NCBI GenBank assembly: GCA_934444645.1
Contig: CAKSCV010000004.1
Coordinates: 59,209 to 123,208 of the forward strand
DNA from: an uncultured Eubacteriales bacterium
GTDB taxonomy: Bacteria > Bacillota > Clostridia > Oscillospirales > CAG-382
DNA: 64,000 nucleotides
Reading direction: 5' to 3'
Positions 28,088 to 36,580 of this stretch are shown here, piece after piece. A model generated the notes under the pieces. The model did not search any database. It was given only the letters and a program-made list of their open reading frames with translations, and was not told the DNA's origin. How positions within the stretch are numbered: position 1 is the first letter of the stretch; each line of letters starts with the position of its first letter. The position numbers were made by a program, and so were the translations under genes.

Positions 28088-28561
28088 ATGTCTATTGAAA
28101 AAGTAAAAGCCTATTTTGAAACCAAAGGCATAGCCGACCGTATTCGAGAAATGGAATTATCCAGTGCAACCGTTGAGCTTGCGGCAAAAGCGCTTGGCTG
28201 TGAACCGGCGCGTATTGCCAAAACGCTGTCGTTTTCCGTAAAGGAAGAACCGGTTCTTGTTGTTGCGGCAGGCGATGTAAAAATTGATAATGCCAAATAT
28301 AAAGCGTGTTTCGGTACCAAGGCGAAAATGCTTACACCGGAGGAGGCGCAGGAGCGCATCGGACATGCTGTCGGCGGCGTTTGTCCGTTTGCCGTGAATG
28401 ACGGCGTGAAGATTTATTTGGATGAATCGCTGCGTCGCTTTGATACGGTCTTTCCGGCTTGCGGAAGCTCCAACAGTGCGATTGAGCTTACCGTTAACGA
28501 GCTTGAAACGTATGCGGCTCCATGTACTTGGATCGATGTATGCAAGGGCTTTTCCGAATAG
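28088..28561 (+). CDS. YbaK/EbsC family aminoacyl-tRNA trans-editing (deacylase) domain protein
   Basis: 157 aa (ARIAKTLSF ... VLVVAAGDVKIDNAKYK ... IGHAVGGVCPF). Confidence 0.85.
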   Translation: MSIEKVKAYFETKGIADRIREMELSSATVELAAKALGCEPARIAKTLSFSVKEEPVLVVAAGDVKIDNAKYKACFGTKAKMLTPEEAQERIGHAVGGVCPFAVNDGVKIYLDESLRRFDTVFPACGSSNSAIELTVNELETYAAPCTWIDVCKGFSE

Positions 28562-28577
28562 GGAAAAAGCAGCAAGA

Positions 28578-28616
28578 GAACGGCAGAAAAATCATCGTTT
28601 TTCTGCCGTTCTTTTT
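28578..28616. terminator. terminator between convergent genes
   Basis: AACGGCAGAAAAA pairs with TTTTTCTGCCGTT, followed by CTTTTT. Confidence 0.75.
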
Positions 28617-28632
28617 CGGTTGCTTGCGTTGT

Positions 28633-30810
28633 TTACTCCATGATTGCTTTCACATAATCTGCCGCCGCACTTTCACAAAGCGGCCGCATTTCACCGGTCA
28701 TATCCAATAGGAACGCCGCTATTTTGGTGGCATTTTCCGTGTTCAGCCCGATTTCGAAAACGCCGATGTATTCTTCCGCCTCCGTACCGGTAAGCTCTTT
28801 GGTCTTTACGTCCAAAAGCCGGTTTCCATCGTAACTTGCCATAATTAACACGGCCGGTTGGCTTTGGTTGTAAACGATTATTTTGTAAGATGAAACGCAA
28901 AGTGCGGTTTCGCCCTCTTTTATCCACCGAGCCGTAAGCGTAAGGTCCTCGGTCACCGGCTTTGCAAAATCGTAGGCTGCGCCGTTTGAGTACCAAGCGT
29001 CAAAGATGTAGCCGTCGCGCATGGGATAATCAAAGCCGCTTACCGTGTCACCCTGCGTCACGGTGACGGTTTGCTCCGTTTCACCATTGTTCGGGTCAAA
29101 GGTTACGGTACAGGTCGGAATCTTCGGAATGAGCTTGTGCCGTTCGTTCTGATAGATGACCTCGTAATTATCGTTGTCCGGAATAATGAGGTTCGAACGG
29201 TCTCCGCCCTTGTCGTGATACTGCTCAGAAAATACCCATTCGATATCGACCGGTTCTTCGAGTGTCGGCGTTCCGCTTACGGATACGCCGATCTTCTCAT
29301 TGCCGGTCAAGCCGGTGCGGAACTGGAACATCCGACCGTTGTTGAGGTAGAGGTTGTTCGGCAAGCCGTCGGGAGACGTGTTTCCGATGACCGACGTGCC
29401 GCCGCCGATGTCGAGTTCATAGCCGGAGTTGCCTTTGTTTAAGCAGATGCCGCCGCCCATCGGCGCGGTGTTTTGGGTGATGGTCGATTTGGTAACGATG
29501 AGCCACATACCGCTTCCGGCAATATAGATGCCGCCGCCGGCGGTTGAAGCAGTGTTGTTCATAATTTCATTTGTTCCGTTTAAGATAAAGGCGCTGGCGT
29601 TGGTATAAATACCGCCGCCGCGGTTTGCGGAGTTTTCTTTTATAGAAGCCGTGCCTTGTTGGTAATTATAGATATTAAAATAGGTACTGTTTCTCATACA
29701 AATGCCGCCGCCGTCGCCGCCTGCGGTATTGCCGGTGATGCTTCCGCCGTGCAGATTGAGCATGGCAGAGTCTTGCGCGTAGATACCGCCGCCGTTTGAT
29801 GTCGCGTTATTGTCGCAGATACGACTGTCGTGAATGCTGATGGCATAATTGCTATAGCCATCTGCGTTTAAGAACAAGCCGCCGCCGCTTGCGGTCGCCG
29901 TGTTGTCATGAATGTAAGCGCTACGGATATTGGCATAAACATTGTTTTTAACGCTTCTCAGATAAAAGCCGGCGCCGTTTGCTGCGGTGTTTTCGGCAAG
30001 CTCAATGCTGTTTATCTCCATAATGCCGCTTGTTTCGGTGTAAATAGCGCCGCCCATCGATTTCGCCGTGTTTTTTATCGCCTTTATCTTCTGAATTTCC
30101 GCACTGGTGTTTCCTTTGAGGTGGATAGCACCGCCGTTTATGGCATAGTTGCCGGTCATCTCGCCGCCATAGGTGATGATTTTGCCGTTTTCGACGGATA
30201 TCGCACCGCCCGAACCTTTCGTTGCTTTGTTGTTTTTTATCGAACCGCCGTACATGGTGAACGTGCCGCCGCCCACGTAAACACCGCCGCCGTTGGCTCC
30301 TTCAATGATGTTGTCCGCAATGCTGCCGCCATACATTACAAAATTACTGCCTGATTGGCAGTTGATGGTGCCGCGCCGCGTGAGAACATCCCCTGTCGCG
30401 CCTTTTGCACCCGTGATTTTGCCGGTGTTTTTACAGTCGCAGAGTACAAATTTCTGATTTTCGCCGACACGGACCGCCGGATATCCGGGTTTGTCGATGG
30501 TGAGCGTTTTGCCGTTCAGACAGAGATAGACAGTGACGTTTGTGATGTCGAGCGTGTCGGTTATGGTAAGATCGTTTTCAAGGTATACATATATCGCTTT
30601 TATCGTGTCGTCACTCGCAGTGCCGATCGCAGTGCTGCCGTCCCATGCCTGCCACGCGACACTGCCGAGATTCTCGTGATTCTCTTCGCAGTCTGCCGCA
30701 CCGCACGCATAATGCCGATGCGCGTCCGCTGTGGCTTCGTCCGCATAAACGGTTAGGGGAATGGAAGCAATAAGCAGGGATAAAAAGAAACCGATCAAAA
30801 ATTTTCTCAT
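28633..30810 (-). CDS. secreted right-handed parallel beta-helix (Pmp-like GGxI repeat) protein with an InlB B-repeat domain
   Basis: ORF 28633-30852, start at the ATG at 30810 (RBS AGGAGG), with signal peptide MRKFLIGFFLSLLIASIPLTVYA. More than 10 repeats of the type N(T/N)A..GGGIY / GGAI are present. A Listeria-Bacteroides-type repeat follows (TVTFDPNNGE ... DGYIFDAWY ... LTLTARW). Confidence 0.8.
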   Translation of the reverse strand: MRKFLIGFFLSLLIASIPLTVYADEATADAHRHYACGAADCEENHENLGSVAWQAWDGSTAIGTASDDTIKAIYVYLENDLTITDTLDITNVTVYLCLNGKTLTIDKPGYPAVRVGENQKFVLCDCKNTGKITGAKGATGDVLTRRGTINCQSGSNFVMYGGSIADNIIEGANGGGVYVGGGTFTMYGGSIKNNKATKGSGGAISVENGKIITYGGEMTGNYAINGGAIHLKGNTSAEIQKIKAIKNTAKSMGGAIYTETSGIMEINSIELAENTAANGAGFYLRSVKNNVYANIRSAYIHDNTATASGGGLFLNADGYSNYAISIHDSRICDNNATSNGGGIYAQDSAMLNLHGGSITGNTAGGDGGGICMRNSTYFNIYNYQQGTASIKENSANRGGGIYTNASAFILNGTNEIMNNTASTAGGGIYIAGSGMWLIVTKSTITQNTAPMGGGICLNKGNSGYELDIGGGTSVIGNTSPDGLPNNLYLNNGRMFQFRTGLTGNEKIGVSVSGTPTLEEPVDIEWVFSEQYHDKGGDRSNLIIPDNDNYEVIYQNERHKLIPKIPTCTVTFDPNNGETEQTVTVTQGDTVSGFDYPMRDGYIFDAWYSNGAAYDFAKPVTEDLTLTARWIKEGETALCVSSYKIIVYNQSQPAVLIMASYDGNRLLDVKTKELTGTEAEEYIGVFEIGLNTENATKIAAFLLDMTGEMRPLCESAAADYVKAIME

Positions 30811-30903
30811 GGTTGAATGCCTCCTGAATAACATAAATGGTTTATATGCCAATTATAACACGGAGCGCAAAAAATGTCAATACGGATTTTTCAATATTTC
30901 AAT

Positions 30904-30927
30904 AATTTATTCGATAATTTATTCGAT
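30904..30927. repeat. 12-bp tandem direct repeat in a divergent intergenic region
   Basis: AATTTATTCGAT occurs twice, back to back (30904-15 and 30916-27). Confidence 0.6.
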
Positions 30928-31065
30928 GCTTTTGCCGGAAAAGCAACAGGACAGCAGCGCTTTTTGATGTATCCGTATCCAGCAACTTTTCCGTTCAGCG
31001 ATAAGAACAAAATTCGGTAAAGTACGGCATTTTTTTGATAGAAACGACATTTTTTGACAAATATA

Positions 31066-31094
31066 TTGACAAATTGAACAAATCGTGGTATCAT
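31066..31094 (+). promoter_or_regulatory. sigma-A type promoter with extended -10
   Basis: TTGACA (31066-71), 17 nt, then TGgTATCAT (-10 at 31089-94). A second TTGACA lies at 31054-59. Confidence 0.55.
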
Positions 31095-31137
31095 AAAAAT
31101 GCTACATTGCAATATTTTTTAAGATGGGAGAAAAAAC

Positions 31138-31701
31138 ATGGACAACAACAACAACCTGTTTAATTCCACGGATTCGCAAAACAACACAGGGTTCCAGCCG
31201 ACCGGCACACCGTCGCAGGAAACACCGAATTATCAGAACGCACCCAATTATCAGAACACCTCAGGCTGCCAGAACGCAGCAAACAATCCAAACACGCCGA
31301 ACTATCAAAACGCACCGAACTATCAGGGTACGCCGAACTATCAGAATGCGCCGAACTATCAGGGCACGCCAAATTATCAGAGTGCGCCGAATTATCAGAG
31401 AACGCCGAATTATCAGAATGCGCCGAATTTTTATCAGGGTTCTCCGTATTTTCCGAACGCCGCCAATAAGGTTGCCGGTGTCGGTACGTTTTTCGGGCTT
31501 CAATTGCTGTTCTCCCTGCCGATTATCGGCTTGATCGCCTGCATTATCTGCGCGTTCGCGCCGGAAAACCAAAATGTGAAGAATTATGCTCGCGCAACGC
31601 TGATTTGGCTGCTCATCGCTGTCGTTCTGACCATTGTCTTTTATGTGGTTTTGGCAAGTGCAGGTGCTGCTATCGGCGGTTCTTTTAACCGCTATTATTG
31701 A
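31138..31701 (+). CDS. membrane protein with an N-terminal Q/N/Y/P-rich hexapeptide-repeat region and two C-terminal TM helices
   Basis: RBS GGGAGA. Twelve (T/A)PNYQx units are followed by FFGLQLLFSLPIIGLIACIICAF and LIWLLIAVVLTIVFYVVLA. Confidence 0.7.
   Translation: MDNNNNLFNSTDSQNNTGFQPTGTPSQETPNYQNAPNYQNTSGCQNAANNPNTPNYQNAPNYQGTPNYQNAPNYQGTPNYQSAPNYQRTPNYQNAPNFYQGSPYFPNAANKVAGVGTFFGLQLLFSLPIIGLIACIICAFAPENQNVKNYARATLIWLLIAVVLTIVFYVVLASAGAAIGGSFNRYY
31222..31440 (+). repeat. in-frame 18-nt tandem repeat, 12 units
   Basis: The units alternate acgccgaactatcagaaY and gcgccgaaYtatcagRRN, encoding TPNYQN/APNYQG. Units 3-4 are degenerate. Confidence 0.9.
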
Positions 31702-31728
31702 TTTTCGCCCGCGGAGTTCTTACATAGC

Positions 31729-31765
31729 AAAAAACGGTTCACCGAGTGTCGGCGAACCGTTTTTA
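31729..31765. terminator. bidirectional terminator
   Basis: AAAAACGGTTCACCG pairs with CGGCGAACCGTTTTT with one mismatch. It lies between convergent genes. Confidence 0.7.
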
Positions 31766-31774
31766 TATTCAAGC

Positions 31775-33046
31775 TTAAACGTCCTTGGCTTCCAACATAT
31801 GTTCAAGCGCAAACATTACGCCGATCTTGCCGCTTTCATAGGTAAGGCCGCCCTGCATATAAACCGTGTACGGTGCGATGCACGGCCCATCCGCCGAAAG
31901 CTCGATTGACGAGCCTTGCGTAAATGCTCCGGCAGCCATAATGACCGGCACCGCATAGCCCGGCATTTGCCACGGCTCGGGCGTGACGTGCGAATCCACC
32001 GGCGCACCCTCTTGGATGCCGCGGCAGAAGGCGAGCATGTTTTTTTCCGAACCGAGAGAAACCGTCTGGATGATGCAGTGGCGAACCTCGTCGGAGGCCG
32101 GGCAGACAGCAAAGCCTTCATTTTCGAAAACCGCCGCCGCAAGCGCCGCCGTTTTCAAGCTCTGTGCGACCGTGTGCGGCGCATAGAACAGCCCTTTGTA
32201 CATGCTCTTTGTCTGACCGAGCGTTGCGCCGCCCTCCGCGCCGATACCGGGGCAGGTGAGCCGATACGCGCAAAGCTCGACGGCCTTTGCAGAGCCGGCA
32301 AGATAGCCGCCGGTCTCGGCCATGCCGCCGCCCGGATTTTTGATGAGCGAACCCATGCAGAGGTCGGCTCCGTAATAGGTCGGCTCGTGTTCGTCGCAGA
32401 ATTCCCCATAGCAGTTGTCCACGATGACAAAAGCCTCCGGCTTTACGGCTTTTGCCGCTTTGACGGCTTGTCCGATTTCTTCGGCAGACAGCGTTTTGCG
32501 AATCGCATACCCTTTGGAGCGTTGAATAAAGACGACTTTGACCGACGGTTCGCTTTTCAAAAATGCGCACATTTTTTCAAGATCGATTTCTCCGTCCGCC
32601 GTCATTTCCTGTGCCGCATATTTTACGCCGAAATCGGCAAGAGAGCCGTTCCCGGCATCGCCGCGAATGCCGATGACCTCTTCGAGCGTGTCATACGGCT
32701 TGCCGGTGACCGAGAAAAGCGTGTCGCCCGGGCGCAAAAGCCCGAAAAGCCCGATGGCAAGCGTTTGGGTGCCGCTTACGATGTTGTGGCGCACAAGCGC
32801 GGCTTCACATTCAAAAACGTCGGCATAAATGGCTTCTAATTCTTCACGGCCGCGGTCGTTGTATCCATAGCCGGACGACGGCATAAAATAGCTTTCGGAT
32901 ACCTTGTGCTTGCGGAATGCCGCCATGACTTTTTTTTGATTTTCAAAGGCGATCCGGTCGATACGATCGAATACGCCCTTTTCACGAAGCTTATTTTCCG
33001 CCTGCTCGATTTTTGTTTCGACGGCGGTACGGTTTGTTTGTTCCAT
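31775..33046 (-). CDS. PLP-dependent C-S lyase family protein (aluminium-resistance / YnbB-like, Met_gamma_lyase family)
   Basis: ORF 31775-33112, start at the ATG at 33046. Motif seen: SSGYGYNDRGREELEAIYADVFECEAALVRHNIVSGTQ. Confidence 0.8.
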   Translation of the reverse strand: MEQTNRTAVETKIEQAENKLREKGVFDRIDRIAFENQKKVMAAFRKHKVSESYFMPSSGYGYNDRGREELEAIYADVFECEAALVRHNIVSGTQTLAIGLFGLLRPGDTLFSVTGKPYDTLEEVIGIRGDAGNGSLADFGVKYAAQEMTADGEIDLEKMCAFLKSEPSVKVVFIQRSKGYAIRKTLSAEEIGQAVKAAKAVKPEAFVIVDNCYGEFCDEHEPTYYGADLCMGSLIKNPGGGMAETGGYLAGSAKAVELCAYRLTCPGIGAEGGATLGQTKSMYKGLFYAPHTVAQSLKTAALAAAVFENEGFAVCPASDEVRHCIIQTVSLGSEKNMLAFCRGIQEGAPVDSHVTPEPWQMPGYAVPVIMAAGAFTQGSSIELSADGPCIAPYTVYMQGGLTYESGKIGVMFALEHMLEAKDV

Positions 33047-33063
33047 TTGCAGCTTTGTATCTC

Positions 33064-33612
33064 CTATTTTCGTAATTTTCCTAAAATGACAGCGGCTTTC
33101 ATGAGCGCGCATTGTGTCTTGGAATCCTTGATTTCGCCCGTAAGCACCATGTCAAGTGCCTTGTCGAACGGAATTTTTTCCACATTCAAAAATTCATCCT
33201 CATCCGGATTGATATCGCCGAAGGTAAGACCGGTGGCAAGGAACATATAGATGACCTCGCCGCAATAGCCGGGCGACGGATACAGCTCGCCGAGCGACGT
33301 GTATTTGTCGGCTTTCGCGCCGGTTTCCTCCGCAAGCTCACGCTTGCCGCATTCGAGCGGACTTTCTTCGCCGTGGTCGCGTTTCCCGGCGGGAATTTCG
33401 AGAAGGACCTCTTTGTAGGGGTAGCGGAACTGACGGACAAAAATCACTTCCTCCTTGTCGGTGAGCGGCAGCACGCACACGCCGCCGGAATGCTCCACCA
33501 CCTCGCGCACGCTTTTGTGACCGTTCGGCAGCTCCACTTCATCGCGGCGCACCTTGATGATGCGGCCTTGATAGATGTATTCCTCGTTTAGTGTCTTTTC
33601 GGTAAGCTCCAT
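33064..33612 (-). CDS. NUDIX hydrolase (ADP-ribose pyrophosphatase-like)
   Basis: ORF 33064-33792, start at the ATG at 33612 (RBS AAAGGTG). Nudix box GKRDHGEESPLECGKRELAEETG. Confidence 0.88.
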   Translation of the reverse strand: MELTEKTLNEEYIYQGRIIKVRRDEVELPNGHKSVREVVEHSGGVCVLPLTDKEEVIFVRQFRYPYKEVLLEIPAGKRDHGEESPLECGKRELAEETGAKADKYTSLGELYPSPGYCGEVIYMFLATGLTFGDINPDEDEFLNVEKIPFDKALDMVLTGEIKDSKTQCALMKAAVILGKLRK

Positions 33613-33628
33613 GTGTTTCACCTTTCTT

Positions 33629-34522
33629 TTATTCCGCTTTCGGCTTATAGTCAAAAGCGGGTACATATTCTTCTTTTGCGCTGGTTCTTTCCTGCAAAAA
33701 GCCGCAGGTAAAGCCGAGCTCTTCGGCGTGATGCACCACGCGTTCGTATTCGAGCGTCGTGACGTGCCGGTTGATTTCCGGGTAGACCGCACAGGCTTTT
33801 GTCGGAAAATATTGGCTCATAAGGCTTAAGGCAAAGCGGTTTACATCATAGTGTGAAGCCAGATAATCGAGAAGTTTCATGCTGTCGCGCGAAAGTCCCG
33901 GCAGAACCAAATGCCGCGTCAGAACGCCGCGCATCATATGGCCGCTTTCGTCGAAGCGCGCGTAGCCGACAAGCTTGTACATTTCTTCGAGTGCCGCCGA
34001 GGCCATGTCAAAATAATCGGCCGCCGCGGAATATTTCGCCGCCGCTTCTTTGGAATAATATTTGAAATCGGGCAAAAAGATATCGACATATCCGTCGAGT
34101 GTCCGCAGCGTTTCCGGCTTTTCGTAGCCGCCGCAGTTGTAGACGACCGGAATCGAAAGCCGCGGCTTTGCTATGTCGAGTGCCTGCAAAATCTTGTCGG
34201 TAAACTGCGTCGGCGTGACGAGATTGATGTTGACCGCTCCCATTTCCTGCAAGCGCAGAAATTCGTCCGATAAGGTCTGTACCGAGACCTCGCAGCCTTT
34301 TTTGCCGCGTGAAATCTCCTGATTCTGACAGAACACGCAGCCGAGTACGCAGCCCGAAAAAAAGACCGTTCCGCTTCCGACACCGTAGGAAAGGCAAGGC
34401 TCCTCCCACAGATGCAGCCCGACACGCGCGAGCTTTATTTGGCTTGAAACGCCGCACCGGCCGATATTTTCGTGCCGGTTTATGCCGCATTCACGCGGAC
34501 ACAGCCTGCAAACAGTTGCCAT
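33629..34522 (-). CDS. radical SAM protein, PflX-like (homolog of pyruvate formate-lyase activase)
   Basis: 297 aa with the CxxxCxxC variant GCVLGCVFCQN, plus an N-terminal Cys cluster (CRLCPRECGINR). Confidence 0.82.
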   Translation of the reverse strand: MATVCRLCPRECGINRHENIGRCGVSSQIKLARVGLHLWEEPCLSYGVGSGTVFFSGCVLGCVFCQNQEISRGKKGCEVSVQTLSDEFLRLQEMGAVNINLVTPTQFTDKILQALDIAKPRLSIPVVYNCGGYEKPETLRTLDGYVDIFLPDFKYYSKEAAAKYSAAADYFDMASAALEEMYKLVGYARFDESGHMMRGVLTRHLVLPGLSRDSMKLLDYLASHYDVNRFALSLMSQYFPTKACAVYPEINRHVTTLEYERVVHHAEELGFTCGFLQERTSAKEEYVPAFDYKPKAE

Positions 34523-34646
34523 GCAATCGCTCCTTTATCATAAAATATCATTATAGTATACATATAAAGCGCAAAATGCCGCTATTTGAGAATATTTTGT
34601 AAAAAGTGAAAGCACAGAAGTTTTCACAAAAATTCTCGCGAAACGA

Positions 34647-34675
34647 TTGACATTTCTTCCGGCATATGGTATATT
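34647..34675 (+). promoter_or_regulatory. sigma-A type promoter of rplI-dnaB
   Basis: TTGACA (34647-52), 17 nt, then TGgTATATT (-10 at 34670-75). Confidence 0.6.
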
Positions 34676-34737
34676 ATATTGATAAAAAGTTTCTTTTCTT
34701 TCAGAATCGATCCGAAGACAGATAAGGAGTATTTGCT

Positions 34738-35187
34738 ATGAAAGTATTACTTTTACAAGACGTAAAAGGCAAAGGCAAAAAGGACACCATTGTTGACGTA
34801 TCCGACGGCTATGCACGCAATTTTCTGCTTCCGAAGGGCGTTGCCGTCGAAGCCGATGCCAAGATCATGAACGACTATAAAAACAAGCAGGCTGCCAAGA
34901 AGCACCATGAAGAAATGGAAAAACAGGCTGCCAAGGAAACCGCCGAAAAGCTTGCCGGCTTTGTTGTGAAGATTTTTGCCACCGCCGGTGCTGACGGCCG
35001 TTTTTACGGTTCGGTCACCGCAAAGGATATTGCCGAGGAGCTTGAAAAGCAGCATGGTATCACGGTCGATAAGAGAAAGATCGTGCTTGACGATGCCATC
35101 AAGGCTTTCGGCTCGTACAGCCTCGATGTCAAGCTCTATCCGGAAATTGCAGGTAAGCTTAACGTCGTCGTCACCCAAAAAGACTAA
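34738..35187 (+). CDS. rplI: 50S ribosomal protein L9
   Basis: 149 aa. [34 protein letters not shown] is a canonical L9 N-terminus. Confidence 0.97.
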   Translation: MKVLLLQDVKGKGKKDTIVDVSDGYARNFLLPKGVAVEADAKIMNDYKNKQAAKKHHEEMEKQAAKETAEKLAGFVVKIFATAGADGRFYGSVTAKDIAEELEKQHGITVDKRKIVLDDAIKAFGSYSLDVKLYPEIAGKLNVVVTQKD

Positions 35188-35236
35188 TCGAAACGCGGCG
35201 CAGGCTTCTGCGCTGACAGGGAAGGGAGCTTAAACC

Positions 35237-36580
35237 GTGAGCGAACTGGTTCTTTCCGAAGAAAACTTGCGGAAAATGCCTTTTTCCATGGAAGCGGAAC
35301 AGTCGGTCTTAGGTACGATTATTCTCGATCCGGAAAAATTAAACGATATCGCGTCGAGCCTTCGCGCCGACGATTTTTATCTTGAGCAGCACGTGCGCAT
35401 CTACGAAGCCATGCGGAGTATTTTTGCACGCTCCGATGCACATCTTGACGAAGTGACGCTTCTCGAACAGCTTGTCACCGACGGCACACTCGACGAAGCC
35501 GGCGGAAAAGCCTATATTACAACGCTTGCCGCTTCCGTGCCGGATATGAATAACCTCATGGACTACGTGCGCATTATTAAGGACAAGGCGGTGTTGCGCC
35601 GCTTAATCGAAGCGTCCGGCGAAATCAGCGATATGGCATATTCCGCCGAGGGCGAAACCAAGGATATCCTCGACCGCTCCGAACAGCTGATTTTTGATAT
35701 TGCCGAAAAAAACGAGACCAAAGGGCTTTCTCATATCCGCGATGTCATCATCGACCTCTACCACCATTTGGAGGATCTGAAAAAAAGCGGCACGGACGCG
35801 CTCGGCACACCGACGTATTTTACCGATATCGATAAATACCTTGTCGGTATGGGAAAAGGCGATTTTGTCATCGTCGGTGCCCGCCCGGGCGTCGGAAAAA
35901 CCAGCTTTGCGCTGAATATTGCCGCCAACGTCGCTCAAAAAGCACCGCATAAATCCGTGGTCGTGTTTTCGCTGGAAATGTCGTGTGAACAGCTCGTTTC
36001 GCGTATTTTGGCCTCGGAAGCCCACATCGACAGCTACCATATGCGTTCGGGTGAACTGACCGAGGAGGAATGGGAAAAGCTTGCCCGTTCGGCGGGTCTT
36101 CTTGCCGAAACCAATATTTTGATCGACGATACGCCGGGTATCTCGGTCACCGGCATGAAAGCCAAGCTTCGCCGCGTGAAAAATTTAGGCCTTATCATCA
36201 TCGACTACCTGCAGCTCATGCAGTCGGATAAGCACACCGAAAACCGCGTACAAGAGGTGTCGGATATTTCGCGAAATCTAAAGCTTCTTGCCAAGGAATT
36301 CGAGGTGCCGGTCATCACCTGCGCCCAGCTTTCCCGTGCCTCCGAAAAGGAGCATAAAAAACCGATGCTTTCCGACCTGCGTGATTCCGGCGGTATCGAG
36401 CAGGACGCCGACACCATTATGTTTCTTTCGCGTGATTACTATAAGGATGATCCCGAAAAGGAAAATATCGCCGACTGTATCATCGCCAAGAACCGCCACG
36501 GCTCGACCGGAACGGTAACACTCGGCTGGCTCGGTCAGTATACCAAGTTTATGACCATGGATACAAGCCATGCAAATTGA
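35237..36580 (+). CDS. dnaB: replicative DNA helicase
   Basis: 447 aa with a GTG start. Motifs: PFSMEAEQSVLG, Walker A GARPGVGKTSFAL, IIDYLQLM. Confidence 0.96.
   Translation: MSELVLSEENLRKMPFSMEAEQSVLGTIILDPEKLNDIASSLRADDFYLEQHVRIYEAMRSIFARSDAHLDEVTLLEQLVTDGTLDEAGGKAYITTLAASVPDMNNLMDYVRIIKDKAVLRRLIEASGEISDMAYSAEGETKDILDRSEQLIFDIAEKNETKGLSHIRDVIIDLYHHLEDLKKSGTDALGTPTYFTDIDKYLVGMGKGDFVIVGARPGVGKTSFALNIAANVAQKAPHKSVVVFSLEMSCEQLVSRILASEAHIDSYHMRSGELTEEEWEKLARSAGLLAETNILIDDTPGISVTGMKAKLRRVKNLGLIIIDYLQLMQSDKHTENRVQEVSDISRNLKLLAKEFEVPVITCAQLSRASEKEHKKPMLSDLRDSGGIEQDADTIMFLSRDYYKDDPEKENIADCIIAKNRHGSTGTVTLGWLGQYTKFMTMDTSHAN

Noticed and set aside
31222-31440. Whether the 18-nt periodic repeat could be a CRISPR array or a non-coding satellite.
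   Set aside because: There are no unique spacers between units. The repeat is in frame within an ORF and conserved at the amino-acid level. No cas genes are present in the window.
31124-31572. Arg-rich ORFs (RRTIR... repeats) at 31124-31534 on the plus strand and 31261-31572 on the minus strand.
   Set aside because: They are alternative-frame readings of the 18-nt tandem repeat. Only the PNYQ frame has an RBS, a start codon and a sensible C-terminal membrane domain.
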